Source of the DNA: Harriotta raleighana
Lineage: Eukaryota
Reading direction: 5' to 3'
Assembly: GCA_050575255.1 (NCBI GenBank)
Contig: JBNZDD010013708.1
Span: forward strand, 7,566,592-7,630,591
DNA length: 64,000 nucleotides
This document shows, one piece after another, positions 1-12,582 of the stretch. Each line of letters starts with the position of its first letter. Within the stretch, counting starts at the first letter, position 1. The translations under genes were made by a program, and so were the position numbers. The notes under the pieces were generated by a model. It saw nothing but the letters and a program-made list of their open reading frames with translations. It had not been told where the DNA came from and did not search any database.

Positions 1-41
1 TGATTTCACGCTGGGGTTGGTACAGAGTGGGCTGCTCAGTT

Positions 42-395
42 GGAGTCCTGTAGAGTGCTCGTCTCACAAGCGAGAGGACCTGCGTTCAATTTCCCAGGCA
101 GGACGAAATGTTAGGCAAGTTTCCTTACTCCACATCCCTCTGTTTACCTAAGATGTAAATAAGATCCCAAGTGTTATTAGATTGGCGGATTATTTTCCTG
201 GGAGTAATAATCCCATTTTAAAAAATCTGGTCGCTCAATCCACAGGTTGTTTGTGGGACACTGCTGTGTGCAATTGGCTGCTATACTTCGCTCACAGAAT
301 TTACAGTGAATTCGCTTTACAGTATACAATATTATGTAAAGTGCTTTGAGATGTTTTGAAGAAGTAATAAGGTAAGTAATATCAAATGCAAGGAT
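42..395 (+). mobile_element. tRNA-derived Deu-domain SINE with L2-type tail, long subtype
   Basis: Head ggagtcctgtag...ctcgtctcacaagcgag with a partial A-box deletion; internal tgtttaccta segment; Deu core gtgggacactgctgtgtgcaattggctgc; tail atcaaatgcaaggat. Confidence 0.88.
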
Positions 396-894
396 GGCTG
401 GGAGCACTCTCTACAGTAGGGTCGGACTTTTAGCAAATCCTTCCCCCGCCTTCCCCCACGACCCCTCTAGCATTCCATCAGTGTGAATTCTGCCACTTAC
501 ACCAACATCTCAACAGCTGCTCTTCCTGGTCCCACCACTACTGCAGAAGCATCCCAAATTGAATTAAAACAGCTCGATCTTAAACATTAGAATTGACTGG
601 AAACCGCCAAAATAAATACAGCACTAGACTAGACTTTTATTTTACATTCCTTACGCTGTGGTACGTTTTCTAGCCAGTTTTTTTTCTTCCGATTGCCTTG
701 GCACTCCTACAGAGATGGAGATACAGTACATAGACGAGGGAAGCTTAACAGCACGTCCTTCAGGCCTCGCTTTGCAATCTAAGAAGCTGCCGTTAATGTA
801 ACCGATCGTTGATACAAAGCTGGAGGATTTTTATTGTTTCAAAAGTTTCCACTCGAAAATATTTGTGGTAAAGTATGCAGTGCGTTCCTATTAA

Positions 895-1100
895 ATACAT
901 TTCACCCACAAAATCTAGCATTTTGAGACGTCAAGAATACGGGAAAAACACTATATCAAACGCAAGTGTTATTATATTATAATAAGATATACTGTCAATT
1001 CACTTCGCAATGAAGCTCTTTGAGATGTTTCAAAGATAAGGTAGTATATCAAATTATTATAATCAATTTAGCAAGGATAATTCTTACTATATTATGATTT
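895..1100 (+). mobile_element. Two stacked 5'-truncated SINE tails
   Basis: tttgagacgtc...tatatcaaacgcaag(tta)n followed by gtcaattcactt...tttgagatgt...tatatcaaa. Confidence 0.7.
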
Positions 1101-1630
1101 CTTATGTTAATGAACACAATGGTTTGTAAAACTCTAAGTTGACCTCTCTGTTCCTTCAACTTTTGTCTCAAAAGCACAAGGGTGCAGAGGAAAGCTCAGA
1201 GAAAGGCTTGTGTGGTGTGAAATGTGTTTTTTCACAGGTGACTTGCCCTTGTTTCTCATGACTAAGTCACTGTTGGGTCTTGTTAGGTCAAGCCGCAAGT
1301 AAAATCTTTTCCATATCTTGTACCATGAGGAAATGGCATTCTATTTATTCCACAGTCGTTTTAACACTTGTTTGGTCAAGTCTGGCACTCCAGTGAAAGG
1401 CAGAGGGATGATTCACTGTGTTGTTGAAAGTGCTGTACTTTGGGTGAGGTGTTAAAAATGAAACCAGAAATATTTTAAACAATAGGAATTTGGCTCTGGC
1501 GTGATTATCTTGCTTATCTTTCCACCAGTCAGCATGATGTGTATGACATATATCAGATCACCAGAGGGAGTTCCCAGTAAAGGATGTTCTTCTGACATGA
1601 AAGGCGCTCTAAAAATGTAATTCTGCTGTT

Positions 1631-1942
1631 AATAATAATCCTTGAATTTGATAAAGCATTTTTCACATCTTCTAGACGTCTCAAAGCATTTCACAGAATA
1701 TACTGTATAGTGAATTGACTGTATATTTGTGGGCGAAATGCGGCAGCCAATTGCGAACAGCAGTGTCCCACAAACAGTTGTGGATTGAAATGACCAATTT
1801 TATTATTGTGTTTTTTTTGGAGGGATTATTATTTGTAGTGTGGAGTAAGGAAACTTGCCCAAGGTTTCGCCCTGACCTGGCTGGATTTGAACACAGATCT
1901 CACGCTTGTAAGGCAAGTGCTCTAACCACTGAGCTACAGGAT
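1631..1942 (-). mobile_element. tRNA-Deu-L2 SINE, full length, short subtype
   Basis: Reverse complement has A box tagctcagtggttagagc, B box gttcaaatcc, Deu core and (tta)n tail. It lies tail-to-tail with an older + strand element ending at about 1630. Confidence 0.92.
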
Positions 1943-4084
1943 TATTGTTGTTCTTATATTCAGTGAGTACAACTCAATGTAATATGTAATATGCTTTCCT
2001 TGTCCATGTATTTATCACAATCATTTGGGATATAGCCTATGTACCCAAAGGTAGCTTGTAGCAGTGTTTAAGAGGAACTTCACCATACAGAGGGGGGGGT
2101 GAGTATGTGGAACTCATACCCGGAAGCAAAAAGCATTAACAACTTCAGAGTAAACTTGATATAAACATGAGGGAGAAGAATTTCATCCACAAAATACTCT
2201 GTCACTGTACTTTGAAGTGCTTTAAAATGTCTTGACGTGAAAGGTGCTATACAAGTATAATTTTGTTGTTGTTGTTGACAACATGATAAGGCGCTACTGT
2301 ATATCAAATGCAAGNTATAACAAATGCAAGTCAAATGTAAGAATTATCACGGGAAAAGAGGTGATTAATAAGGCCTGTGTGGACTATACGGACCCCGATG
2401 TTTCTGTTTTATAGCACTCCAGGTAACTGTGTATGTGTGTGTGAGTGAGGTGAAGTTAGACTGGAGTTTGAGATGTCTCGAAGGTGCCAGGTGCCACCTG
2501 TTGATCACTCACTGCCGAGACTCTTACAAACAGAGCTGCCACTTGGACGAGATGCTGGGCAGGCTCCAGGGTTCATGGAACGGTAACTCGGTGTGACTCA
2601 CCTCCTTCATAAGATGAGAATTAAAGAGAGAAAACTGAAAGGAAGTGTGAAAATGAGCGATTCTTATTTCTGAACAGCTCCGTTAACCTTGACTTACCCA
2701 TGTTGATGTGCTTGCTGAGCACCAGGTGGATGTGAAACCAAAGTGCCTGTGGTCACAGTGCAATTCCGACTTGTTAAAAACACGCGCAACATTAGTCATC
2801 TCTTTTTATTTACAGCACCCAAAGGATATTCATTAATGTTTCAAGCAAGAACTGATTCTGATCCTGTCAGCCAGGATTTTGTTTTTCAAACAATTTACTT
2901 TTAAACACTTGTTATGTGATACCCGGGTTCGTTAAGTAACCCAAAAAACACATAATTCCTCCGCCTCCCTCGCTCTCCTGAGTGACTCATAACAGTGGGA
3001 AGATTCCTTGCGAATCCATCGCCAGACAATTGGCACAGGTTTTGTCTCTGCAGCTGTCTTTTTCTTCTGTAGAAAAGGGTAGGAGACAGTAGGACTATTT
3101 GATACGAGCGTCAATACTTCATCCACATTGTGGTATTATTTTCTGCTGTTTTGCAACACACAACTGGGCTACACAGGTTAAGTGGCATAATATTCTTTTT
3201 TCAAAGGAGAATTTTATTTAATATCTTACAATAATAACACGGAGCCTTGCATTTGATGTAGCGCTTTCTCACGTCTTCGGGACCATCTCAAAACGCTTCA
3301 CAGCATATACTGTAAAGCGTAGTGATTATACATTTTTATTATTATTATGATACTACACTTTGCTTATCCAACCTTTAGAAGGAGAGCTTGTCAGCGGGAT
3401 TTCTAAAGTGTTACTTTACGATGCCGCACCCAAACCCACCCCCAAAATACTGAATGTTCGAGATTGTCCCTGCGAAGAACTACAATTGAAAGGTTTTCCT
3501 TTTGAAGAGTTTCTTCTTGTCAGAAAGAAAGGCAAATGCTTGTTGTCTTGCCAGAGAGTGCCAAGTGTTTTCAGAGCTGAAGTTCAGCAGAAAGCTGGGC
3601 AGATACTAATTTGATGGTTCACTTTGATGAAGTGTGCCCCTGAATCTACATGTTCAGGGTATTTTTAAGGCAGGAGTTCTTTTTCGCCTTCCATTATGGT
3701 GACCCAGGCTTCTGTTGGTAAAGCTGTGTGCGGACTGTGATTCAGAGCAGCGATGAAAGGGAGATACTGTGAGCAGGTTGTGTGCTTGACCTTTCGGTTG
3801 GAGAGTTGCAAGTGGTCTGGAAGGTTGGGGTTGGGAGGGTTAAATATCTACTTTTTTCCAAAAAAAATTGTGGGGGCTGGGGGATATGAGATGTTTGATG
3901 TGCTACACATCACTGGTGCTAATTATCATATCTCCCTCTCCCCCCCTGCATCCTCCAACCCAATCCACCACCACCTACCCACACACACACACACATCCCA
4001 CTGTTTCTTCAGAAAATAAATATATAATACAGGCTTGTTAACTTTACAGTCTTGAGCCATGCTAAGCTGCAGTCCTATAAAACA

Positions 4085-4252
4085 CTAATTTTGGTGACTC
4101 AATCCATGACTGTTTGTGCGCAATTGGCTGCATCATTTTGCCCACAAAATACAGTCAATTCAGTTTACAATATATTATGTGAAGCACTTTGTGACATTTG
4201 GAAGACGTGATAATGTGCCAAATCAAATGCAAGGATTATTATTGTTATTATT
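4085..4252 (+). mobile_element. 5'-truncated tRNA-Deu-L2 SINE
   Basis: ctcaatccatgactgtttgtgcgcaattggctgc...aaatgcaaggattattattg. Confidence 0.85.
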
Positions 4253-5964
4253 GTGTAGTGAGTGAGTCTCAGGCTCTGCTTGGCTGGATGTAGAGATCAG
4301 ATCACCTTGCAAACAGTGCCTCAGAGTTTACATGAATTGTCCTACTCCAAGCCTATCAGTGGCTTAGAGTGCCTCTGCTCCCAGTATGTGGCAGCCACCT
4401 CTGTCACCCCTCTCAATAATGTTCACTCATTTCCCAACTGGCGATGAAGTGCACCTTCTCCCAGCAATGAGAGGATGTGTAGGCGCCACTCATTCTCTTC
4501 CTGCCCCGTGCTTTTCATTCCAGGAGAATGCAGGCTCGAGAGCCTTGCCTTGACCTGGAGCGAATGGTACTCCAGATAGCTCAGCCGGCCTGAGCAGTGA
4601 GAAGCACCATTTGCTGGTGCTTTAAGATGGAAGGTTCTTGTGTTCTCAGGTATAAAGCACTCTTGAGTGAGGCAGGCCCTGAATGTGCACTCCACTCCAC
4701 TTCTTAGTCAAAGTGTATATAGCTTTTTCAAAGCCTAAGTTCTCCCACCCTATTCATTTCCGCAGTTCCATGGCCATTGAGTGTAATGACCTCTATGTGT
4801 GGTGCTGAATAGCGTTTCACAGTAACATCACAGGATCCTGACAATGGTAAGGATAGGTTTGGTTTAACTCTATTATTTTGCAGTCCACGGTTTCCCAATG
4901 CACACTTAGGTAGCAAATGACACCTTTGTAAACACACATCTATTCATTGTTCTTCTAAATAGGTCTGTTTAACCCCTCGTAACCACTGAAACACAAGCCC
5001 AGCGAGCGTAAGTGTTCTACTTCCAAATTAAAGACCTCTAATTTTCTCCTGTTGTTGTGAATAAAACAAAAAAAAGACCTGTTGAGTTGTTTTCACTACA
5101 CTAAGTACCGTACTTCTCAAGTGTATAGCCCCGGGAGAAGTGTTTAATTGTATAAAATTATCTCTCCCAGTTCTCGAAGCGCTGTGTCGATGAGAGAGTT
5201 TCATCGCTGTAAGAGGGTTTTTTGCTGTACTTGCAGGTATTGCTAACCTCTGGTGACATTCGCACACAGACAATACTGAAATGCTTCCCTCCAGTAAGTA
5301 GGCAGCTGTGCTATTCACTATGGAGTGAAATTTCCAGTGTTTCATAAACTAGTCTGTCTGATTTATGAAATGCTGCAAATTTCAGCTTTGTTTCCTGACT
5401 CCCCACTCCCTGCCCTCTCCCTGTTATCTGATTGTTTCCCCATTGGGAATCTGATTTTAGTACTATCCATTCAGCTCTCTCCTTGTGACCATTATTCCTC
5501 AGGAGCTTTAACACTATGAATCCCAGTTTGCTAAAATATTGCATATTGCGCCCCAGTGTAGAACAGTGTAAGTGAGAACCATACAACGATAAATGCTCGT
5601 CAGATTTGGACAACAATTGCTGAATTGACGGTCACGTCTCTCTTGAAATGTGGAAAAGATTTGAAGTCAACAAAACAATTCCTCCTTTTATCTCTTTTGG
5701 TTACAACTGACACATGCCTTTATTTTGGAATGCACAATAACTGGAGTGAAAACTTTGTTTTTGTACTGGGAGCGTTGAAATCCTATTTGAGAATTAACCT
5801 TGCTCTGTACGAGATGTACTGTAGTAGAGGCTGGGTAAGCCGGCTTTCAATTGTGCCCAGAGTTTTCCCAGATGGAGAGTTACTGAGCTTGTCTGGATTG
5901 TGTGGTATTGAGCCAAACGCACAAAAGGGAGGTGGAAAAGCCCTCCCACAATCATCCTATGAAA

Positions 5965-6300
5965 AAATAATCATTCTTGCATTTGATACAGCTTCTTTAG
6001 CATCAGAAGCACTTCACAGGATTTACTAGAAAGTGTAGTGACTGAATGTTATGGGGAGGTGAATGCAGCAACCAATTTGCACACAACCACGCACCAGCAA
6101 AGAGCTATGAAGTAATTAACCAATTTCACCTAAAGGAGTAAAATTCCCTTCCCTTTTTCCATATTATCACAGGATCTTAAAGCCCACCTGAACACCTGAG
6201 GTGGCAGCTCAATTTAAAATGTCATCCAAATGATGCAATACTCCCAGCTCTGTGCTTGAGCGTCAGCCTAGTGCGACAAGCTCAAGCAACGACAAAGGGC
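5965..6300 (-). mobile_element. Degenerate SacSINE1-like Deu SINE
   Basis: Tail and Deu core (gcagcaaccaatttgcacacaacc) followed by ggatcttaaagcccacctgaa...gcgtcagcctag, similar to the reverse complement of 60240-60625. Confidence 0.6.
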
Positions 6301-7054
6301 TTGGATTGCCAATGTTCGGAACCAAGGCAAGAGTGTGTCCAACGTAGCCAATTTGGCACCTGTTGTTTGCTTTCTCCTCACAATAACCTGGCTGTGTTTT
6401 GGAACAAGCGGTGTCGAAAGCTGAACCCTGTAGTTTGTCATTCTCTGGGGGCGGGCAGGCACCTTTTCCTTCAGTGTTGGGAACACATTTGACCCTTAAG
6501 CTACGCAGTAGAGTTTAGGATTTGGGTCTGGTTGTATTCAAATTATCGCGCCAGTTTTAGGTGGTGGCAGAACTTAAGAGTGGCCCTCAACAATATACAC
6601 TGAAGCAGATTAAAGAGCTCCAGGATGTTACCACTCGTGAAGTGCGCTACATAAACGCAAGTTGTTGTAGTTGTTGTTAAAGCTATTTAGCAATCTCTGT
6701 CAATACAGTGAGTGCAGGGTGGAAGTAAAAAAAAATGCAGCACACAAAACATCAATTAAGTCGCTACTTAAATGTCGAGAATTCCAGGTCAGTGAATTTG
6801 CACATTTCTAGAATGGAATGTATTAAACTTCCTGCTGTTGTCTTTTTTAAGTCAATTCCCTGTTAAAAGGAGCATTACATCTTAATTGACTTTGTTGGTG
6901 GTAAAATAAATGGTACCTCCAGCTTGGTTCCAGGCATGTTCATTTTTATAATGCTGCCAGGAACAATTATACATGAAACCTTTTGATAGGTTGACCATCA
7001 GGCAAGACTTGTTTATTGAAATGTGGATTAAATTCACCAATTTGTCAGTACTAA

Positions 7055-7415
7055 TAGTAATAATCCTCTCATTTGATAAAGTGCCTTATGTGTTCTAGAC
7101 GTCTCAAAGCGCTTCAAAGAATATACTATAAAATTAATTGTCTGTATATTTTGTGATCGAAACGCGGCAGCCAATTGCGTAAAATGAGTGTCACAAAAAG
7201 TGTCGTGGATTGAGTGATCAGTTTAATAATTTTTTTAAGGAATTATTACCCCTGGAAAAGCGATGCTCCAATCAACCAACAACAACTACTGCTAGGTAAA
7301 CAGAGGCGTGTGGAGTAGGGAAACTTGCCCAACATTTTGCCCTGCCAGGAACATCGAACCCAGGTCCTCTTGTTTACAAGGCAAATCCTCTTTCCAACAC
7401 TGTACAAGACTCCAC
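7055..7415 (-). mobile_element. tRNA-Deu-L2 SINE, full length, long subtype
   Basis: Reverse complement has B box gggttcgatgttcc, internal gcctctgtttacctagcagtag, Deu core and tail. Confidence 0.9.
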
Positions 7416-7884
7416 AAATTTCTGTTGCCTCTTACCTGCAGCTGCCTTTTAGGTTGAGGGAACCCCAACTAGGAAATAGAGTTTCCTGTGAAGTGCAGTG
7501 ACTCTGAGGATTTCTGTTTATCCAACACGTATAATATTGCAGCACTATAGTTTCATCCTAGTTTGCTCTTGGAGAGCCAATGAAATAGTGTTGCACCAAG
7601 AGAACTACTGCACGTAAATTTAGGACTCAAGTAAACTTAGCATTGCATCTGAAACAACATTGAAAAATAATATGTTGCATTGTAGACTTTTTGTAGAAAT
7701 TATAACCGAGTAGGAAGCAATTGGCCCATAGAGCCTAGGCTAATGGTATTGCCTCCCTCTACAGCAATGTACTGTACCTAATTCCCTGCTTCTTCCTCTA
7801 TTTTCTATGCTCGAATAAGCTGTCCCATTACCTAAAAAGTACACGGTCACTTCGCTTTACAGTTAAACCAGTGATGCACCTTTT

Positions 7885-8402
7885 TAAAAAAAAATCTGGT
7901 CACTCAATCCACGACTATTTGTGATACACTGTTGTGTGCAATTAGCTGCCACCGTTCTCCCACAAAATACACATTCAGTCTAATTTAGCGTATATTGTCT
8001 GAAGCACTTTGAGACATCTTGTGTTCTGTAGCTCAGTGGTTAGAGCACTTGCCTTACAAGTGAGAGAACTGGGTTCAATTCCAGGCAGGGAGAAACCTTG
8101 GGCAAATTTCCTTACTCCACATGCTTGATAATAATCTCTCAAAAGAAAGCAATAATAAATTGGTCATTTCAATCACGACTGTATGTGGGACACTGCTGTT
8201 TGCAATTGGCTGCCGCGTTTCTCCACATTTATACAGTCAATTCACTTTACAGTATATTCTGTGAAGTGCTTTGAGACATCTAGAAGATGTGAAAAGCGCT
8301 ATAACAAATTCAAGGATTATTATTATTACCTCATTGTCATTATTATTATCCTCTCGACATGAAGGGCTCTAAATCAGATGCAAGGGATATTATTTTTATT
8401 AT
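7885..8402 (+). mobile_element. Nested SINEs: full-length short-subtype copy (~8020-8328) inside the tail of a truncated copy (~7885-8018 + 8348-8402)
   Basis: The host reads ...gcactttgagacatc[insert]atcctctcgacatgaagggctctaaatcagatgcaagg; the insert has A and B boxes, Deu core and its own tail. Confidence 0.88.
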
Positions 8403-9166
8403 CCTTTCAAATTGTTTTTTTTTAAATGCATATATAATTTTCTTTTAAATGTTGTTATTATGATGTTTGCTTCAATAGCCACTTATGACAAAGCATTCCA
8501 TGTCCTAATAACCCTCTGAATGAAACAAAATATAACATCCTCCTTAATTCTTCCAATGTCATTTCTATGCTTACGCCCCCTTGTTACCAATTTAGTCACC
8601 AGTGGGAATAATCTTTCACTATATACCCTCTATTTTCCGAGGCATTGCTGTACCTGCACTAGCACAGATCGTCTCCTGGTTGCTATTAACCTAGATTTTT
8701 GTCTGTATTAGCATCAACACGTTGTTATTCAGACATCCTAATCTCACATCTGTGTCGCGTTCTCTCAATGAAGTGTGCAGCAAGCAGACCCAAGTCACTG
8801 GAAACCTGACGAAAGAACATCAGTACAGTATTGTCACATAGCTAACAGACCAAATCAAGCAGCCTTCAGTGATAACTAAACACTCTTGTGCTGTAACGGA
8901 ATTGCCTTACATTTCTGTAAATATTACAATATATATTTTATGATCTGTCCTGCGGTTATTTTTTATTTGGAATTTAGGAGGGAAGAGAGTTATCAATACC
9001 TGACCTCCTAGAACTGACTATGGGAGAGTGTGTTGCTTTGTTCGAGGCGAAGTCCTTTGTATAGTATGTGGCTCTGTCTTCTCCAGGCAGATTCTAAAGA
9101 TCCCAGAATCCCACCCTCCCCTCCCCACCACTCTCCCCAGAGCCGACAATCTTCCAGATTCAGTCT

Positions 9167-9302
9167 AATAATAATCCTTGCATTTGATATAGCCCTTAGC
9201 ATGTCTTCGAGATGTCTCAAAAACTCACGAACTATACTGTGAAGTGAATTGACTGTATAGTTTGTGGGTGAAATGGAGCAGTCGTGGATTGAGTAACCAA
9301 AC
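9167..9302 (-). mobile_element. 5'-truncated SINE with internal deletion
   Basis: taataataatccttgcatttgatatagc...gtcgtggattgagtaacc. Confidence 0.82.
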
Positions 9303-10344
9303 TAAAATAGTCATTCCCCGTGTGGCTGTTTGTCGGAGCTGTATCTGGGCAAGATGGCTGCCACTTTGGGCTTGAAATTGAGTCGGTCAAATCTCCTGTG
9401 AATCACTTTGATTTGTTTCAACCTGAAAATTGCGTGTCTGTTCCTCCTTGGCAATCGTCCTTTAAAACCCAACCAAATTCTGTGTTGCACGAGCGAATAA
9501 TACTATAGGTATAAATATTTTCCACCCTCTTATTACGAGAGCAATCTTGATTAAACAGTGTAATCTTTGCAGGGGAGATGTTAAATGCTACACTATGTGG
9601 ACTGTGAACTCTGAAGGATGAAGAAATCACCAACAAAACGCTAGAGTAAATGGTAATAAGCAGAATGAGGGCACAGAGAGCTTCTGTTTACAGTAGAAAC
9701 CAATAGATGTGAAATAGAGAATAATGGGTACCTGGGAGTGATTACAAGGCAGTAATCTAATCGAGCTCTTCAAATGACATCATAAACCATCAGGGTGAAG
9801 CTCAAGTGGTTTATAAGAGTCAACTGAACCCCGCGATTCGATTATGCCTTTCAAATTGCTCCCTGGGATCTGTTGTTGTTTATAATATATATGGTTTTAA
9901 TTTCAGGTGGGAATTTTTGTCTGTCATTTATTTTATGCGTGTGCGTGTGTGTGTGTGTGTGGAGTGCGGGGACTTTGGACGGGGTGGTTGGCGGTGGTTT
10001 CTTTTGTTGCTGCTGGCATCAGGTGAGTCAAAAATAAATGATGTTGCAGTTCGGGTTGTTGATGCGTTATAACTGCTGACAAATAGGCACAAAACTCTGT
10101 TCATTTCCGGCCAGTTTACCGTTAGTTGGTGCCTGGAAAGGACTGTAGCTGGTATGAACTGTGTTGTTTTGATTATGAGCAGCAAATAACTCCCCCTCCC
10201 CCAACTCCCCCCCCCNNNNNNNNNCCTCCCCCCAACTCCCCACCCCCTAAAATGGCCCTTAACCTACACATATTCTAGAATGGCTTTAGATAAACTCTTT
10301 GGGGGGGTAAATGCACATAAAGCAGATTCAGGTCGATGTCTCTC

Positions 10345-10580
10345 CCAGAGAAAAGAGGAGGGAGTTTTTCCTGATGGACTTTGGCCAATAATAGCCCAAA
10401 TACAATTTTTCATTCACCTCCTGGCAGTGGGTGGGACAATGCTGTGCGCAAATTGGCTTCCATGTTTGTCCAACATTATACACAGTCAATACACATTACA
10501 GTGAATGCTTTGAAGAGCTTTGAGTCACATGCACACATTGAAAGGTTCTATATCGAATGCAAGGATTTTTATATTATCAT
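10345..10580 (+). mobile_element. SacSINE1-like Deu SINE 3' half
   Basis: gggagtttttcctgatggactttggccaata...gtgggacaatgctgtgcgcaaattggct...atcgaatgcaaggat. Confidence 0.72.
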
Positions 10581-11379
10581 CTCTCCCACAGCAAGTTGGA
10601 GCTTCACAATGATACACTCTCCCGGGTACTGTGAGACTTGGTGTGCGTAACTGGCGATGTATCTTTGAACGCTTGCATGTAAATGATGAAAGGATGATGA
10701 AGAATGTCTGTGTAGAAATACTGGCAGGCATCTGAGTGTATCCGAAAGCACTTTTGTGGGTAAAGAGCTAATCAAAGCATGGCTGCAGACAGAATGGAAT
10801 CCGATTCTTTTCCAGCCTGTACATGGAATATGATTGAGATTGATTTGAACTAGAAGCTGATGTGCTTTTCTTTGCGTGAACAGCTCTAATGCAGTTTACA
10901 AATACAGTGGTTTTATTTACAGCACTTGGACACTAAAATTTACATTTATTCTGTACAGCGCAATTCACTTCAGGAGAGCGCTTCTGTGCGGTTACCCAAG
11001 CCATTGGGGTGGGAACTGAGGAAGTGGGGAAGGGGATAGTAGAGGAGAGTAACTGAGAAACGTTTAGCATTAGACATATTGTTGGCCTAGTATAGTATGG
11101 GTGCTGTTGGTGCTTCTTCCTGTAATGGTGATGTTTGGCAAGCTGGTGATACACTATGAGAGGAAGTGGGAAGGACAAAAAAACTTTTTCTCCAGCTCTA
11201 ATCATCTCCCTTTAAAGGTCACGAGCTGAGATGCTTTACAGGACATCGAGGCTATCATCACATCTGCTGCAGCAGATTGTTAGGAACCTCTGATAGACTG
11301 GTGGGTGAAGGCACTGCTCTGGGAAGTGCAGCACAGAGTTATGGTGACCAGAGCGTCACAAGTTTGACTGCTATTTCGA

Positions 11380-11760
11380 ATCATGATCCTTGCATTTGAC
11401 TTGGCATCTTTCACATGGGGAGGACGTGTCAAAGCACTTCACAGAAGTTATTGTAAAATGCAGGGACTGTGTATTGTTTTAGGCAAAATGAAGCCCCACA
11501 CACAACAATCTGCCAGAAACGGCCATTGAAGTGAATGATGAATTTCATCTCTCGGGTATTATTGGCAAGAAAAATAGGCAAGTTTCCTCACTCCAAACAC
11601 TTCTGTTTATCAATCAATCCAAACCACATTTATATAGTGCCTTCCACGTCGGGAGGACGTCCCAAGACGCTGAAACCTTTATCCAACGGTAAGTAGGAAC
11701 CTGATAGTTTGTCAATTGGCGGATCTCTTTTCTGGGGGTTATTAGTTCTACAAAAATGAG
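11380..11760 (-). mobile_element. Cluster of degenerate SINE and L2-tail fragments (mixed orientation)
   Basis: atccttgcatttgac...aagcacttcacagaa on minus; an L2 tail (catttatatagtgccttccacgtcgggaggacgtcccaag) interrupts a + strand long-subtype piece (ggcaagtttcctcactcc...aagtaggaacc). Confidence 0.65.
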
Positions 11761-12469
11761 ATGCCCCTTAACAAACCCCCTTAACCATGGTCTCATCTCC
11801 CACTTTCAGATGAATATCGAGAGATTTACTTCAACAGGCTGGTAATCTTGATGAATATGAGCCTTTTCTTTTTCAAATTGTCAAATCAGTGAACAGATTA
11901 CTGGGAATAAAGTTTAAATGATGAATAAACAAAAATGATTGGAAGGAAGTAATTGCAGGAAATCCCAGTGTTTTTAATTACAGGAAACCCTTTATTTTTA
12001 ATATGAACCTGTGCAAGTTTACAGTTAGTGGATACTATCCAATGCTGCATTTCCCCACACAAAGAGAAATTTTAATAAATCCAAGAAACACTAAAATTTT
12101 CCATTAATAAATTGCTCCTGAAAAGTGTTTCATGATTGAATTCCATTCCGATGCAGAGGTCTCGACTTCCAAACTGACTTGACTTTTTTTTCGGGCGCAA
12201 ACTATTGTTTAAAAAGACTTGAGCAGACTTTCAAATGTTATTCCCAGATTTTTCGTCTGCTCATGTGGGCCTTGCCCTTCTCATATTGGTGTGGGTTATT
12301 TGACCCATATGGGTGTGAAAACTCATTACTCTCTCTATGTCATCTGTTCCGGACCAGTTCTTCATTGCGATTTGTAGAACTCCGCTCCTTTCACATTTTT
12401 ACCTTGCCCTCTGTATCATTGTTTACATTTCCCGCAGGACCTCATTACAGTGTTCACCCTTTACTTTAT

Positions 12470-12582
12470 CCATAAAATATACAGTCAATTCACTTTACAG
12501 TATATTCTGTGAAGTGCTTTGAGATTTTTCAACAACTTGATAAGGCGCTATATCAAATGTAAGGATTATTACTACTATTATT
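12470..12582 (+). mobile_element. 5'-truncated SINE tail
   Basis: tacagtcaattcactttacagtatattctgtgaagtgctttgag...ggattattact. Confidence 0.85.

Noticed and set aside
10190-10250. C-rich direct repeat around a 9-N gap as a G-quadruplex element
   Set aside because: The same motif flanks both sides of the gap, so it is probably an assembly overlap in a homopolymer-rich tract.
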